Of a DNA stretch of 64,000 bases, positions 39,386-49,711 are shown piece by piece. The first letter of the stretch is position 1. Each line of letters opens with the position of its first letter. Location of the stretch: contig CAJWLU010000002.1 of the NCBI GenBank assembly GCA_913043225.1, positions 32,001 through 96,000 of the forward strand, given 5' to 3'. The notes beneath the pieces were generated by a model. It was not told the DNA's origin, searched no databases, and worked only from the letters and a program-made list of their open reading frames with translations. Source of the stretch: an uncultured Acidobacteriota bacterium. Lineage in GTDB: Bacteria; Acidobacteriota; Vicinamibacteria; Vicinamibacterales; UBA8438. The position numbers and the translations under genes were made by a program.

Positions 39386-39437
39386 CCAGGGGCGTATCTG
39401 ACCAGTCAGGTCCAGTTCGACGCGCGGCCGTAACCCG

Positions 39438-39725
39438 CTAGTCGCTCTCGGCCGTGACCGGATCGATCATCCGCTTGACGCCCGTCACTGTCGTGGCCGG
39501 GAAGCCACTCCGCTCGGCGTGCTCCGCGATCAGCCCTTCGTTGTCGGCGATGTAGATGCAGAAGGTCTTGTCGCCGGCCACGTAGGAGTGTTCCCACTGG
39601 ATGGCCTTCTGCTCCGCCTTCATGGTGGCCAGAACGCCGTTCGACTTCTGGGCGGCTTCGCGGAGCGCTTCGCGCTCGGCCGAGCCAATGGCGGGGATGT
39701 CTCGTTCGATCACGTATCGCGGCAT
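39438..39725 (-). CDS. DUF4242 family (SCO4226-like nickel-binding) protein
   Basis: MPRYVIER...QWEHSYV..DKTFCIY.A.....I.EHA..SGFPA; AAGGAG Shine-Dalgarno. Confidence 0.88.
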   Translation of the reverse strand: MPRYVIERDIPAIGSAEREALREAAQKSNGVLATMKAEQKAIQWEHSYVAGDKTFCIYIADNEGLIAEHAERSGFPATTVTGVKRMIDPVTAESD

Positions 39726-40013
39726 GAGCCGGATCTCCTTTCAGACTGTCGTGCCGCAATCTTACTCGAACCTCTGGCCTGCCTGTGTGGCCTCGACCCA
39801 GACCGCATGATCTCCATGTCCTCGAATGGTCCGCCCCATCACCGAGCGAACGAGCAGCCCTCCCCGGCGACCAGTGGGCTGACTTCCGATTCGGCGAAGC
39901 GGAGCGCAGCCAGGTCGGTCACACCTTCGTAGAGCGGCCTTTCGTGCGGCGTGTCTCCTTTAGTGAGTGCCACGTCTCACGAGACCAGAAGGACAAGGCC
40001 GACTTTGGCGCGT

Positions 40014-40457
40014 CTATTCTCTCGGGTCTAGGCGGTAAACGTAGCGATCGCCAGGGAATCCCTCCATCTCCCCGGGCCTGCCGACCAGGACTGCCAGGAG
40101 CGGGTAGATCCGGTCGCCGAACCTTACCCGAACCCGAGGGTCGGCCCGTATGTGGTCGAGCCAGGCTCGGCCCTCAGCGGGATCGATGAATAGCTGGCCG
40201 TTCTGGACGACGTAGTTCAACTCGACCGAATAGGGGGCGTCTGGGCGAGTCTCGAGGTCGAGGTTTCGGTCCGTGACGAACGACCAGTCGGTAACCGGTT
40301 CCTCGTCGACCGTTCCGGAAAGTGTGGCCCCTGGAATCGCGTAAAACGGTCCGTTACGGGTACCGGCGAGTGCGAGCAGGAGGGCGATGCCGATGGCGAA
40401 CCCGGCAACGGCTCGCTTGAGTACGGCCGTCAGGTGCGCCAGCGCAGGCTCCCTCAT
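40014..40457 (-). CDS. membrane-anchored split-barrel-like hypothetical protein
   Basis: N-terminal TM; PG..LSG, LETRPDAPYSV, W...IRADPRVRVRFG..IY. Confidence 0.7.
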   Translation of the reverse strand: MREPALAHLTAVLKRAVAGFAIGIALLLALAGTRNGPFYAIPGATLSGTVDEEPVTDWSFVTDRNLDLETRPDAPYSVELNYVVQNGQLFIDPAEGRAWLDHIRADPRVRVRFGDRIYPLLAVLVGRPGEMEGFPGDRYVYRLDPRE

Positions 40458-41023
40458 TCGGCCACGGCGTAAGGGCCTGGTGTGGGTTCGATCGACACTT
40501 CACCGCCGACGTCGCCGTCACGTACGGCCCACGGGACGAAGCCGCTGTTCAGATCCGCGTCGCTCTGCTCGCCGCTGCCGAAGTTGAGGGCCCAGGCCAC
40601 GCCGGCTTCAGGGTTACCGCGCCTTGACCAGTACTGGCGAGCCTGGATGTTGTGGAACGGGCCAGGGTTGTCGGCCGAGATACCATCGTTGGAGAAGAGA
40701 CTCCCCATTTCGCTGTTGGTGCAGTTGAGGCCCCGGCAGCTTGCGTCAAAAGTAAGGGGAAGCCGCCAGTCGGAGAAACCGGCGATGCGCAGGCTGCTGG
40801 CCCATCGGCTCGCCTCTTCCCACGTCATCACACCGTCGTTGTCCGCGCCCGAGCTCTGGGACCAGTTCGCGTCGCCAATCCACGTGATGCGTTGAGTCGT
40901 GTCGTAGATGAGCTTCACGCCGTCGTAGGTGCCCCTGTCAATCAGCTCCGCCCGAACGTCTGTGGCAAGTCCGAGACCCAGGGCCGCCGCAAGTAGCGCA
41001 ACCCGGCTGTCTGTTTTCCTCAT
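40454..41023 (-). CDS. secreted DUF1566 (Lcl C-terminal) domain protein
   Basis: LIYD....ITW..DAN, MTWEEA..WA, GFSDWRLP, SEMGSLF, YWS, AW..NF.SG.Q, WAVRDGDV. Confidence 0.82.
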   Translation of the reverse strand: MRKTDSRVALLAAALGLGLATDVRAELIDRGTYDGVKLIYDTTQRITWIGDANWSQSSGADNDGVMTWEEASRWASSLRIAGFSDWRLPLTFDASCRGLNCTNSEMGSLFSNDGISADNPGPFHNIQARQYWSRRGNPEAGVAWALNFGSGEQSDADLNSGFVPWAVRDGDVGGEVSIEPTPGPYAVAE

Positions 41024-41366
41024 CGTGGTTTTCCCTTCCGCCCGGCCGATCGGAGCCTCAATTCTCAGTATTGTCCCCCAAGCGACGGGGTTCAGAGACA
41101 GTCATCTTGCATCCTGGTCGCGCCATGGGTGCGAGGGTTGGAGATGAGCCTGCTTGAAGCGTGCCTGCCTCCTCGAACCCGAATTGTCGAGGCAGGCTCA
41201 CACTCCGTGAGTTTGATGGTTCCTGTTTGGGTGACGCGTTACTGATCGCCGTCGCCCGTTGGAGTTGCGGCGGGGCATCCTGCCCTGCATTGAGTCCGCA
41301 GCGTGCCAGCACTAGGCTCGTGCCCGCCTCACCGCGTCGACCGTGCCCGCGACCGGGAGGCCGCGC

Positions 41367-41402
41367 CGTTACGAAGGGGTGTCGGAGGTCATGCAGGCGG
41401 AC
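41367..41402 (-). mobile_element. possible tyrosine-recombinase remnant (box II motif only)
   Basis: A start-less frame reads VRLHDLRHPFVT (H-x-x-R-H motif). Confidence 0.35.
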
Positions 41403-41417
41403 GGCTGGTCAGACACG

Positions 41418-42896
41418 CTACTGGCGATCCGGTCTCAGGGTTGGGTTTGGCGCCAGAGCCGGGCGGGAGATCACGGTCACCACAACGCAGACCGCCACGT
41501 TGACCAGCAGGGCGATGATGCCCGCGTGGACGTTCCAGGGCTCGGTTTGACCGGAGGCCAGGAGCCCCGCATAGACCGCCGTCCCAGTGACCATTCCGGC
41601 CAAAGCGGCCCTTGTGGTGAGGCGAGTCCACCCCACGCCGAGGATGAAGAGCGGGGCAACCTGGGCCAGAATCTCCATCTTCAGCTCGGTGAGACCCCAC
41701 AAGGTGATGCGAGGGTTGAGCGCGATCGTGACGAGGCCTGCTACTAGGATCCAGGAAGCCCGTTGGCCGATTCGGGTCAAACGCTCCTCGTCGATGTTGC
41801 GCAGCACGGTGGTGCCCAGTACGTCCTTGGCCAGGATCGACGACAGGCTGAGTAGGACCGAGTCGGCAGTGGACATGATCGCGCTGACCACGGCCACGAT
41901 CACTACCAGGCTCAAAGCGTAGAGCAATGGCTCGCTCTGACCCCACTGAGCCAGCAGCATCGGTAGGACCTGATCGGCCTCGATCGGCCCGGCAGAGGCC
42001 AGGTCCCGGATGGCGATCACGCCCACCAGGAACACCACACCGGTCGTGGCCAGTGGGAGGAACACCATGATGCCGAACGATCGGCGGAGTGCGGCGCTGT
42101 CCCTGGCTGCGAAGATGCGTTGGATCGCATGCGGATACACCGACCCGGACAGCCCGATGAGAAGGAGTGTGCTGATCCAGTTGCGCGAGACATCCCAGCC
42201 GGGCACTGCGACCTTCTCCGGTGAGTGCACGGCAATCCAGGTCGTCACCTCTCCCAGATGTGTGGGCGAGGGGGCTACTGCCAGCAGCAGCCCGGTCAGC
42301 CCTACCACCAGCATCAATCCCTGCACGGTGTCGGTCCAGGCCACCGCCCGCATTCCACCGACGGTCTCGTACACCAAGACCACCAGCGTCAGCAGCACTA
42401 CGCCCACCCAGTAGGGGACTGTGCCACCAGACAGGCCGGCGGTGATGTGGCCCATGGCCATCAGCTGGGCCAGCAGGTAGTTGGCGATGGCGGCCACCAT
42501 CAGCACGTTGGCGAACAAGGTCAGTGTGGGCGAGCCGAACCGATACGTGAACCAGTCGCCGGGAGTGACGAACCGATGGCGTCTGGCGACATGATGTAGA
42601 TAGGGCGCGAACAGGAGATAGGCGACGATGATCGCCATCATGAAGCCGACGCTCATCACCCACGAGAATCCCAGTCGAAACGCTTCGCCTGGATAGCCAA
42701 TAAGGCTGTTGCCGCTGTACTGGGTGGCGTACAAGGTGAGCAACAGCACCGGGCCAGAGAGCTGCCGGCCGGCCAGATAGAACTCGGACAGCGAGTCGCT
42801 GGCTCGGCGATGGCGGGCGGCGTAGCCCACTACGAGGATGGCGGTGAGATACAGGCCCACAGCCAAGATGGGACCGGTGCCGAGCCCGCCGGTCAC
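41418..42896 (-). CDS. sodium:solute symporter (SSS; PanF/PutP-like)
   Basis: EFYLAGR, ATQYSG, GGMRAVAWTD, SAIMSTADS; about 13 TM segments. Confidence 0.92.
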   Translation of the reverse strand: MTGGLGTGPILAVGLYLTAILVVGYAARHRRASDSLSEFYLAGRQLSGPVLLLTLYATQYSGNSLIGYPGEAFRLGFSWVMSVGFMMAIIVAYLLFAPYLHHVARRHRFVTPGDWFTYRFGSPTLTLFANVLMVAAIANYLLAQLMAMGHITAGLSGGTVPYWVGVVLLTLVVLVYETVGGMRAVAWTDTVQGLMLVVGLTGLLLAVAPSPTHLGEVTTWIAVHSPEKVAVPGWDVSRNWISTLLLIGLSGSVYPHAIQRIFAARDSAALRRSFGIMVFLPLATTGVVFLVGVIAIRDLASAGPIEADQVLPMLLAQWGQSEPLLYALSLVVIVAVVSAIMSTADSVLLSLSSILAKDVLGTTVLRNIDEERLTRIGQRASWILVAGLVTIALNPRITLWGLTELKMEILAQVAPLFILGVGWTRLTTRAALAGMVTGTAVYAGLLASGQTEPWNVHAGIIALLVNVAVCVVVTVISRPALAPNPTLRPDRQ

Positions 42897-43147
42897 TGGT
42901 CAAGCTCCTGGTCGGGCCACATACGGAGGACTACGTAGGCGGTAAACACCGCGACGGCGAGCGTGGCGGCAAGCGACAGCACGACCCAGTGAGGCAGCCC
43001 GAACCACAGTTGGAGTGGAGCGTCGGCCGGCCAGTACCAGGGAACAGAGAGACCGAACAGAAGGCTGTAGACCAGCCAGATCCACCGCGGGAAGTGGCGG
43101 GCGGGCCGAGACGCCGCGTCGGGTTCGAGGGAGGCCTGGTCGGTCAT
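42893..43147 (-). CDS. small two-TM partner of SSS transporters (DUF3311/DUF997-like)
   Basis: SVPWYW....WFGLPHWV; stop overlaps the symporter GTG start. Confidence 0.75.
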   Translation of the reverse strand: MTDQASLEPDAASRPARHFPRWIWLVYSLLFGLSVPWYWPADAPLQLWFGLPHWVVLSLAATLAVAVFTAYVVLRMWPDQELDQ

Positions 43148-43235
43148 CTGGTCAGCGTCTCGCGAGAGCGGCCGGTTCCTTTGCGGTCAACTATCATAGG
43201 TGCCGAGACGCGACGTGCGAGCAAAGGAGCTGGGT

Positions 43236-44123
43236 ATGAGGGGTATGGTGGCGCTTGGGGTTCTGGTGGCTGTTGCGATCGCGGCGCCGTCGGGGGCGCA
43301 GACTACGGCGCTTGAGGGGGTTATCGACTTCCACGTGCACGCTGGACCCGACTCGCGGCCCCGCTCGGTCAGCGACATCGAGATTGCTCGTATCGCCAGG
43401 CGCTCGGGTATGCGCGGTTTCGTGCTCAAGAACCACTTCACGCAGACAGCTGATCGGGCCTGGATTGCAATGCAGGAGGTGCCGGGTATCGAGATCTTCG
43501 GCGGCGTGGCTCTGAACCACGCCGTGGGCGGGCTCAACCCCGAGGCGATCCGGCAGATGGTGGACTTCTCGGGAGGTCGCGGAAAGGTGGTGTGGCTACC
43601 CACCTTCGACGCCGAGTTCTGGATGACGCGCGCCGGCGACCCGGGTGAGTTCATCTCTGTGGCTCGCAACGGTCAGTTGGTGCCAGAACTGGGTGAGATC
43701 TTCGACCTGGTGGCCGAGCATGATCTTGTGCTGGCCCTGGGGCACTCGTCACCCGAGGAGGCGCTCATGATGATCCCCGAGGCCAGGCAGCGTGGGGTCG
43801 AGCAGATCCTCGTAACCCACGGACTGGGGCAGAACCCTTCCGATCCTCAAGTTGCCGAGATGGTGGCGGGAGGGGCCATCATCGAATTGGTGTGGATGTC
43901 AGCGATGGACAACCAGGCCACGTTCGACGGCTACCTCGACGCCATCCGCAACCACGGGGCGGCTGGTTTCCTGCTCTCGTCGGACCTCGGTCAGGCCGGA
44001 AACCCGCTCCACCCCGACGGCCTCATGGCCTTTATGACCGCCCTCAGCGCCGCCGGCATCAGCGACGAGGATATCGACCTGATGATTCGGCGGAATCCGG
44101 CGAGCTTGCTCGGGGTTGAGTAG
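43236..44123 (+). CDS. secreted amidohydrolase-fold protein (DUF6282-like)
   Basis: IDFHVHAGPD, LKNH, GGLNPEA, WLPT, GHSS, VTH, SSDLGQ, NPASLL; AAGGAG Shine-Dalgarno. Confidence 0.85.
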   Translation: MRGMVALGVLVAVAIAAPSGAQTTALEGVIDFHVHAGPDSRPRSVSDIEIARIARRSGMRGFVLKNHFTQTADRAWIAMQEVPGIEIFGGVALNHAVGGLNPEAIRQMVDFSGGRGKVVWLPTFDAEFWMTRAGDPGEFISVARNGQLVPELGEIFDLVAEHDLVLALGHSSPEEALMMIPEARQRGVEQILVTHGLGQNPSDPQVAEMVAGGAIIELVWMSAMDNQATFDGYLDAIRNHGAAGFLLSSDLGQAGNPLHPDGLMAFMTALSAAGISDEDIDLMIRRNPASLLGVE

Positions 44124-44322
44124 GGCGGCTTGGCCGGATCTAGCTACAGGCTAGGGGAGTCAGGCGTTCGAAAAAGCTAGCGGCGATAGGAGCTCTCTGA
44201 ACCACGACCTGTCCTGGGCAAGATGGCACCTGTAGCGGGCATGACTCTCCGGCGTTAGTCGACCCCGGACCATATAGAGTGCCTGAGCCTGTAGCCGGGG
44301 CGCACGACTAGTCCACGCGTTC

Positions 44323-45318
44323 CTAATGCACTTCGTGAGAACTCCCCGATGCTTTCGGATCGGCACCGAGGAGACGCTCCTGGGCCAGCCGCTCGGCTGC
44401 GCGGCGGGCTTCGGCGAGCTCGGCCTCGATTCGCTCTTCTTCGTCCCACGCGGCCCGGCGTGCCGCTCGGCGGCGGCGGTGGACCACGATCGCCAGCACG
44501 GCCAGCGACGTGATCCCCATCCAGAGGAACGCGGGCCCGGTCAGTAACGGGATCCAGCGGCTCCAGTGTTGCTGCGTACGCCAGAAGCGGGCGACGACCC
44601 AGTTGAGTGGGGCGCCAGTGGCGGTGCGGAAGGCGCTGTCGAAGGTGGCGCCGTCAGCGAGCTCTTCGAGAATACGCCCGGGCGCATCGTCGCCGTAGGC
44701 CCGGATCACTTCGCGCACCAGCGCACCGCTGACCGCGTAGGCACGCTGGCTGGCGCCGCGGCCCTGGCCGAAGAGCGTCTCCAGTTGGTTCAGGTCGAGG
44801 GTGCCGTCCCACACCAGCGTCCAGGCGAGCCGTGACCGGTCACTCAATCCGGCTGGCCGCTCGGCCGCCATGGCTAGGCCTTCGTTGAACCAGCGGGGTA
44901 CCAGTTGGCCGCCCGCCGCACGTGCGAAGAGTACGTGAGCCACCTCGTGCTGTAGCAGCGTGTCCAGTCCGTCGGTCGGATAGCCGCGGGCCCGGTCGGG
45001 GAACATCACGACCAGACTGCGGCTGCCATCTGCGAAACCGGCGATCCAGCGCGGTGTGTTCTGAGCAAGCTCTGCCTCCTCGTTGATCAGCAGGACGTTG
45101 ATCGGTGGCCCAGGATGGGTCATCCCAGCCAGAGTCATGGCCGTGGTCAGAGGTTCGAGCGGCAGCTCTCGCACCTGTTCCGCTAGGCTCTCGAGGCCAA
45201 CGGGGGCATCCACGTTCAGGGTGGGCAGCAGGGGTTGTGCCGCCGCCGGGGCGTCCCAGGGTAAGGCCACCGCGGCCACGGCCAGCGCTCGCGCTAGGCG
45301 GGCAGTCATCGACACCAC
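44323..45318 (-). CDS. peptidase MA (gluzincin) family metallohydrolase, secreted with a C-terminal TM
   Basis: HEVAH...PRWFNEGLA; signal peptide. Confidence 0.85.
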   Translation of the reverse strand: MVSMTARLARALAVAAVALPWDAPAAAQPLLPTLNVDAPVGLESLAEQVRELPLEPLTTAMTLAGMTHPGPPINVLLINEEAELAQNTPRWIAGFADGSRSLVVMFPDRARGYPTDGLDTLLQHEVAHVLFARAAGGQLVPRWFNEGLAMAAERPAGLSDRSRLAWTLVWDGTLDLNQLETLFGQGRGASQRAYAVSGALVREVIRAYGDDAPGRILEELADGATFDSAFRTATGAPLNWVVARFWRTQQHWSRWIPLLTGPAFLWMGITSLAVLAIVVHRRRRAARRAAWDEEERIEAELAEARRAAERLAQERLLGADPKASGSSHEVH

Positions 45319-45324
45319 GGGCGG

Positions 45325-45510
45325 TTAGACGACGAGAGCGGGGGCTTCCATCGCGTCGCGCAGAAAGGCTTCGGTCGCCTTGGGGGCGAACTTGGTGCCC
45401 GAGCTCCTGCTCAGGATCTCGCCCACTTCGTAGGGCGACATTGCCTTTCGGTAGGGTCTGTCGCTGGTCAGCGAGTCGAAGAGATCGGCCACCGAGAACA
45501 GCGGACACAG
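45325..45510 (-). pseudogene. C-terminal remnant of an HD-GYP phosphodiesterase
   Basis: VADLFDSLTSDRPYRKAM...SGTKFAP..TEAFL; HD and GYP motifs absent. Confidence 0.75.
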
Positions 45511-45710
45511 CTCTTTGCTGACCTTATTGATCTGGGCACTGAGGGAGTCATTTGACATGGCTGCGAGAAAATCGGAACACTCGCCATTCTAACTCGGAGC
45601 CTCGTGGGGTCATCTTGCAAAGCCCAAAGGCCCCGCTTATGATCCGCTTGCCGCGTGGCGGTCATCCGCGGCAGGGTCTTGGGCCTCCTCCCTGGTATCC
45701 CAGAGCGTCC

Positions 45711-46388
45711 ATGAAACAAGCATTCGGCCTGTGGCAATCGTCGGTCGGGAAGAAGGTGACCATGGCGGTCAGCGGCATCATGCTGCTGGGCTTCGTTGTG
45801 GCGCATCTGCTCGGCAATTTCAAGGTGTTCTCGGGGCAGGCGGAGTACGACGCCTACGCCGAGTTTCTGCGCGAGATGGGCAGCCCGGTCTTCGGGCATG
45901 GCGAGCTGCTCTGGATCATGCGGCTGGGGCTGATTGCCGTCGTCGGCGTGCATATCCTGGCCGCGGTGCAGCTCACGCAGATGAGTCGATCCGCCCGTTC
46001 GGCTAGCTACCAGAAGCCGCACGACGTGTCGTTGTCCTACGCGTCTCGCACCATGCGCTGGGGTGGGGTCATCGTGGTGGCATTCGTGGTCTACCACCTG
46101 TTGCACCTGACCTTCGGCACCGTCCATTCGGAGTTCGAGGCGGGCGCCGTGTATCGGAACGTAGTGTCGGCGTTCTCGCAGTGGTCGGTGGCGCTGAGCT
46201 ACATCATCGCCATGGTGCCGCTGGGGCTGCACATCTACCACGGCACCTGGAGCATGACCCAGACGCTCGGGCTCGACGGTCCCCGGATGTCGGCGGTTCG
46301 CCGCGGGGTGGCCGGGGTCCTGGCCGTCGGTATCACCCTGGGCAATATCTCCATTCCGCTCGCCGTGCTTGCGGGCATCGTAGGCTGA
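45711..46388 (+). CDS. sdhC: succinate dehydrogenase cytochrome b subunit
   Basis: SSVGKK..MAVSG, HLLGN, H..HG..S..QTLG heme-ligand His pattern. Confidence 0.93.
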   Translation: MKQAFGLWQSSVGKKVTMAVSGIMLLGFVVAHLLGNFKVFSGQAEYDAYAEFLREMGSPVFGHGELLWIMRLGLIAVVGVHILAAVQLTQMSRSARSASYQKPHDVSLSYASRTMRWGGVIVVAFVVYHLLHLTFGTVHSEFEAGAVYRNVVSAFSQWSVALSYIIAMVPLGLHIYHGTWSMTQTLGLDGPRMSAVRRGVAGVLAVGITLGNISIPLAVLAGIVG

Positions 46389-46398
46389 AAGGGACTTC

Positions 46399-48306
46399 AT
46401 GAATCTCGATCCGCACATCCCTGACGGCCCGATTGTAGAGAAATGGGAGCGCCATCTCTTCGAGATGAAGCTCGTCAATCCGGCCAATAAACGGAAGTTC
46501 AATGTGATCGTGGTCGGGTCCGGGCTGGCCGGCGCTTCGGCGGCGGCCACGATGGGCGAGTTGGGCTACAACGTCCGGTGCTTTAGCTTCCACGACAGCC
46601 CGCGCCGGGCGCACAGCATCGCCGCGCAAGGTGGCATCAACGCCGCGAAGAACTACCAGAACGATGGCGACAGCGTGTACCGGCTCTTCTACGACACGGT
46701 GAAGGGCGGCGACTTTCGTGCCCGGGAAGCCAATATCTACCGGCTGGCTCAGGTGTCCGTCGACATCATCGACCAGTGCGCGGCGCAGGGCGTGCCGTTT
46801 GCCCGTGAGTATGGTGGCGGTCTGGCTAACCGGTCGTTCGGCGGCGCTCAGGTGTCACGCACCTTCTACGCACGTGGCCAGACGGGGCAACAGTTGCTGC
46901 TCGGCGCCTACCAGGCGCTGTCACGTCAAATTGCCACAGGCAAAGTAACTATGTTCCCTCGCCACGAGATGCTCGACCTGGTCGTGGTGGACGATCGCGC
47001 GCGCGGCATCGTGACGCGGCGTCTCGACAATGGAGCGATCGAGGCGCATACGGCCGATGCGGTGGTACTTGCGACCGGCGGTTATGTCAACGTCTTCTAT
47101 CTGTCGACCAACGCTAAGAACTCCAACGTGTCGGCGGGGTGGCGCTGTCATCGGCGCGGCGCCGGATTCGCCAACCCCTGCTATACCCAGATTCATCCCA
47201 CGTGTATTCCCTCCAGTGGCGACTATCAGTCCAAGTTGACGCTGATGAGTGAGTCGCTTCGCAACGACGGCCGCATCTGGGTGCCCAAGCAGAAGGGCGA
47301 CAACCGGCCGGCAGCCGACATTCCCGAGGACGAGCGCGACTACTATCTCGAGCGGATCTACCCGAGCTTCGGCAACCTCAGCCCGCGCGACATCTCGTCC
47401 CGCCGCGCCAAGGAGATGGTCGATGCCGGGCGCGGGGTGGGGCCGCTCACGAATGGCGTCTTTCTTGATTTTGCCGAGCCGATCAACCGGCTTGGAAAGC
47501 CGACCATCGGGGAGCGCTACGGCAACCTGTTCGACATGTACGAGCGGATCACGGGCGAGAGTCCGTTCGATATGCCGATGCGCATCTATCCGGCCCCGCA
47601 CTACGCCATGGGCGGGGTCTGGGTCGACTACGACCTCATGAGCACCATTCCGGGGCTGTTCGTGATCGGCGAGGCGAACTTTTCCGACCACGGCGCCAAC
47701 CGTCTCGGGGCGTCGGCGCTTATGCAGGGGCTGGCCGATGGTTACTTCGTGCTCCCCTACACGATCGGCAACTACCTTGCCCGCACCGGACCGAGCGACG
47801 TGGGTTCCGACCACGCGGCCAGTAAGTCGGTGTGCGACGAGGTAACCAACCGGACCAATCAACTGCTGAACATCGGTGGCAGCCGGTCGGCCGACTCGTT
47901 CCACCGCGAGCTTGGGGGGCTGGTCTGGGAGTACTGCGGTATGGCTCGCAACAAGGCAGGTCTCGAGAAGGGCCTCGGCCTGATCGCCGATCTGAAGGAG
48001 CAGTTCTGGAGGGACCTGAGGGTGCCGGGTAGCGGTGCCGATATCAACCAACAGCTCGAGTTGGCCGGTCGTGTGGCCGATTTCTTCGAGTTGGCCGAGG
48101 TGATGTGTCTTGACGCGTCGCAGCGTGAAGAGTCGTGCGGGGCCCACTTCCGCGAAGAGCACCAGACCGAGGAAGGCGAGGCCAAACGTGACGACGACGC
48201 ATTCTCGCACGCTGCGGTCTGGGAGTTCACTGGAGATGCACCCAGGCGGCACGTCGAGCCGCTGGTGTTCGAAAATGTGACGTTGTCGCAGCGGAGCTAC
48301 AAGTAA
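46399..48306 (+). CDS. sdhA: succinate dehydrogenase/fumarate reductase flavoprotein
   Basis: [49 protein letters not shown]. Confidence 0.96.
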   Translation: MNLDPHIPDGPIVEKWERHLFEMKLVNPANKRKFNVIVVGSGLAGASAAATMGELGYNVRCFSFHDSPRRAHSIAAQGGINAAKNYQNDGDSVYRLFYDTVKGGDFRAREANIYRLAQVSVDIIDQCAAQGVPFAREYGGGLANRSFGGAQVSRTFYARGQTGQQLLLGAYQALSRQIATGKVTMFPRHEMLDLVVVDDRARGIVTRRLDNGAIEAHTADAVVLATGGYVNVFYLSTNAKNSNVSAGWRCHRRGAGFANPCYTQIHPTCIPSSGDYQSKLTLMSESLRNDGRIWVPKQKGDNRPAADIPEDERDYYLERIYPSFGNLSPRDISSRRAKEMVDAGRGVGPLTNGVFLDFAEPINRLGKPTIGERYGNLFDMYERITGESPFDMPMRIYPAPHYAMGGVWVDYDLMSTIPGLFVIGEANFSDHGANRLGASALMQGLADGYFVLPYTIGNYLARTGPSDVGSDHAASKSVCDEVTNRTNQLLNIGGSRSADSFHRELGGLVWEYCGMARNKAGLEKGLGLIADLKEQFWRDLRVPGSGADINQQLELAGRVADFFELAEVMCLDASQREESCGAHFREEHQTEEGEAKRDDDAFSHAAVWEFTGDAPRRHVEPLVFENVTLSQRSYK

Positions 48307-49052
48307 TGCGGTTGATTGTGCACGTCTGGCGTCAAAGCGGTCCCACCGAGAGCGGTGCGTTCGAGCGGCACGAGTTGCCGGATGTGTCCGAGCATGCGTC
48401 GTTCCTCGAGATGCTCGACATTCTGAACGAGCAGCTGGTAAATACCGGCGGCGAGGCGGTGGCCTTCGAGCACGATTGTCGCGAGGGCATCTGTGGCTCC
48501 TGCGGCATGGTCATCAACGGCATTCCGCACGGACCGCACGGTGGTGTTACCACCTGCCAGCTTCACATGCGGTCTTTCAAGGATGGTGATGAGATCTGGA
48601 TCGAGCCGTGGCGCGCCGACGCCTTCCCGGTCATGAAGGACCTCGTGGTCGACCGTAGTGCGTTCGACCGGATTATCCAGGCAGGCGGATTCATTTCTGT
48701 CAACACCGGGAGCGCCCCAGATGGCAACGCCATCGCAGTACCGAAGGACAGCTCGGAGAAGGCACTGGACGCCGCTGAGTGCATTGGTTGCGGCGCCTGT
48801 GTGGCGGCGTGTCCTAACGCCTCGGCCATGCTCTTCACTGCGGCCAAGGCCGGTCACCTCGGGTTGCTTCCTCAGGGGCAAGCTGAGCGGATGTCGCGTA
48901 CCAAGAACATGGTGATCACGATGGACGAGGAAGGCTTCGGCAGCTGCACGAACCATGGCGCGTGTGAAACGGTCTGCCCGAAGGAGATCGGGATCGACTT
49001 CATCGCGCGGCTGAATCGCGACGTGATCAAAGCGAGTTTTTCGAGAGACTAG
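48306..49052 (+). CDS. sdhB: succinate dehydrogenase iron-sulfur subunit
   Basis: [33 protein letters not shown]. Confidence 0.96.
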   Translation: MRLIVHVWRQSGPTESGAFERHELPDVSEHASFLEMLDILNEQLVNTGGEAVAFEHDCREGICGSCGMVINGIPHGPHGGVTTCQLHMRSFKDGDEIWIEPWRADAFPVMKDLVVDRSAFDRIIQAGGFISVNTGSAPDGNAIAVPKDSSEKALDAAECIGCGACVAACPNASAMLFTAAKAGHLGLLPQGQAERMSRTKNMVITMDEEGFGSCTNHGACETVCPKEIGIDFIARLNRDVIKASFSRD

Positions 49053-49711
49053 CTCCTGCTGGTTACTTCATCGAGCGGTTTGCGTTCGATGTCTGGCACG
49101 GTGGCTTCGGCCGCCGGGTGCCCCACCACGAGGATCAGGTAGGGCCGTTCATTCGCTGGGCGGTCCAGGATCTCGTTTAGGAAGCGCATCGGGCTCGGGG
49201 TATGGGTTAGTGTGGCTAAGCCCACTTGGTGGAGCGTTGAGATCAGCATGCCGGTCGCGATCCCGACCGATTCCTGCACGTAGTAGTGCTTCCGCCTTTG
49301 CCCGTCGTCCCTGAGGCCGTAGGTCTCGGCGAAGATGACCACCAGGCACGGCGCCTTTTCGAGGAACGGCTTGTTCGCGTCGGTGGCCAGCGGGGCCAGG
49401 GCATCGAGCCATTCGTCCGGCGCCCGGCCCTTATAGAAGGCGTGCTCCTCAGCCTCGGCTTCGAGCCGGATCCGCTGCTTGACCACCGGGTCCTTTACGA
49501 CGACGAAGTGCCAGGGTTGCTGATTGGCACCGCTTGGCGCCGATGCCGCCACGGCCAGACAGGCGTCGAGCACTCGGTCCGGGACTGGCCGGGTCGAGAA
49601 GTCGCGCACGGTGCGACGGCGGGTCACGACGTCTCGTAGCTCGACGGCTCGAGCTTCGAGATCCTCGTCGGTACGAGAGGGAAGTCCCTCGAGCGGGATG
49701 CGCTTGTTCAT
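49049..49711 (-). CDS. nitroreductase-superfamily flavoprotein, iodotyrosine deiodinase (IYD)-like
   Basis: [19 protein letters not shown], lid EAEEHAFY...W..AL.PL.T...[27 protein letters not shown]. Confidence 0.85.
   Translation of the reverse strand: MNKRIPLEGLPSRTDEDLEARAVELRDVVTRRRTVRDFSTRPVPDRVLDACLAVAASAPSGANQQPWHFVVVKDPVVKQRIRLEAEAEEHAFYKGRAPDEWLDALAPLATDANKPFLEKAPCLVVIFAETYGLRDDGQRRKHYYVQESVGIATGMLISTLHQVGLATLTHTPSPMRFLNEILDRPANERPYLILVVGHPAAEATVPDIERKPLDEVTSRS

Noticed and set aside
39213..39437. ZMP/ZTP riboswitch upstream of the AICAR transformylase
   Set aside because: Only a GACTGG word matches; most of the region translates as a DHFR/RibD-C remnant
39770..39952. Possible further pseudogene (AAGGAG then ACG, in-frame TGA at 39841) on the minus strand
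   Set aside because: Shine-Dalgarno spacing is too short and I cannot assign a family, so it is not supportable without a search
41389..48252. Long alternative-frame or antisense ORFs (for example 41389-42903, 46921-48252, 45468-46550)
   Set aside because: Shadow ORFs expected in high-GC DNA; they overlap well-supported genes and have Arg/Pro-rich, motif-free translations
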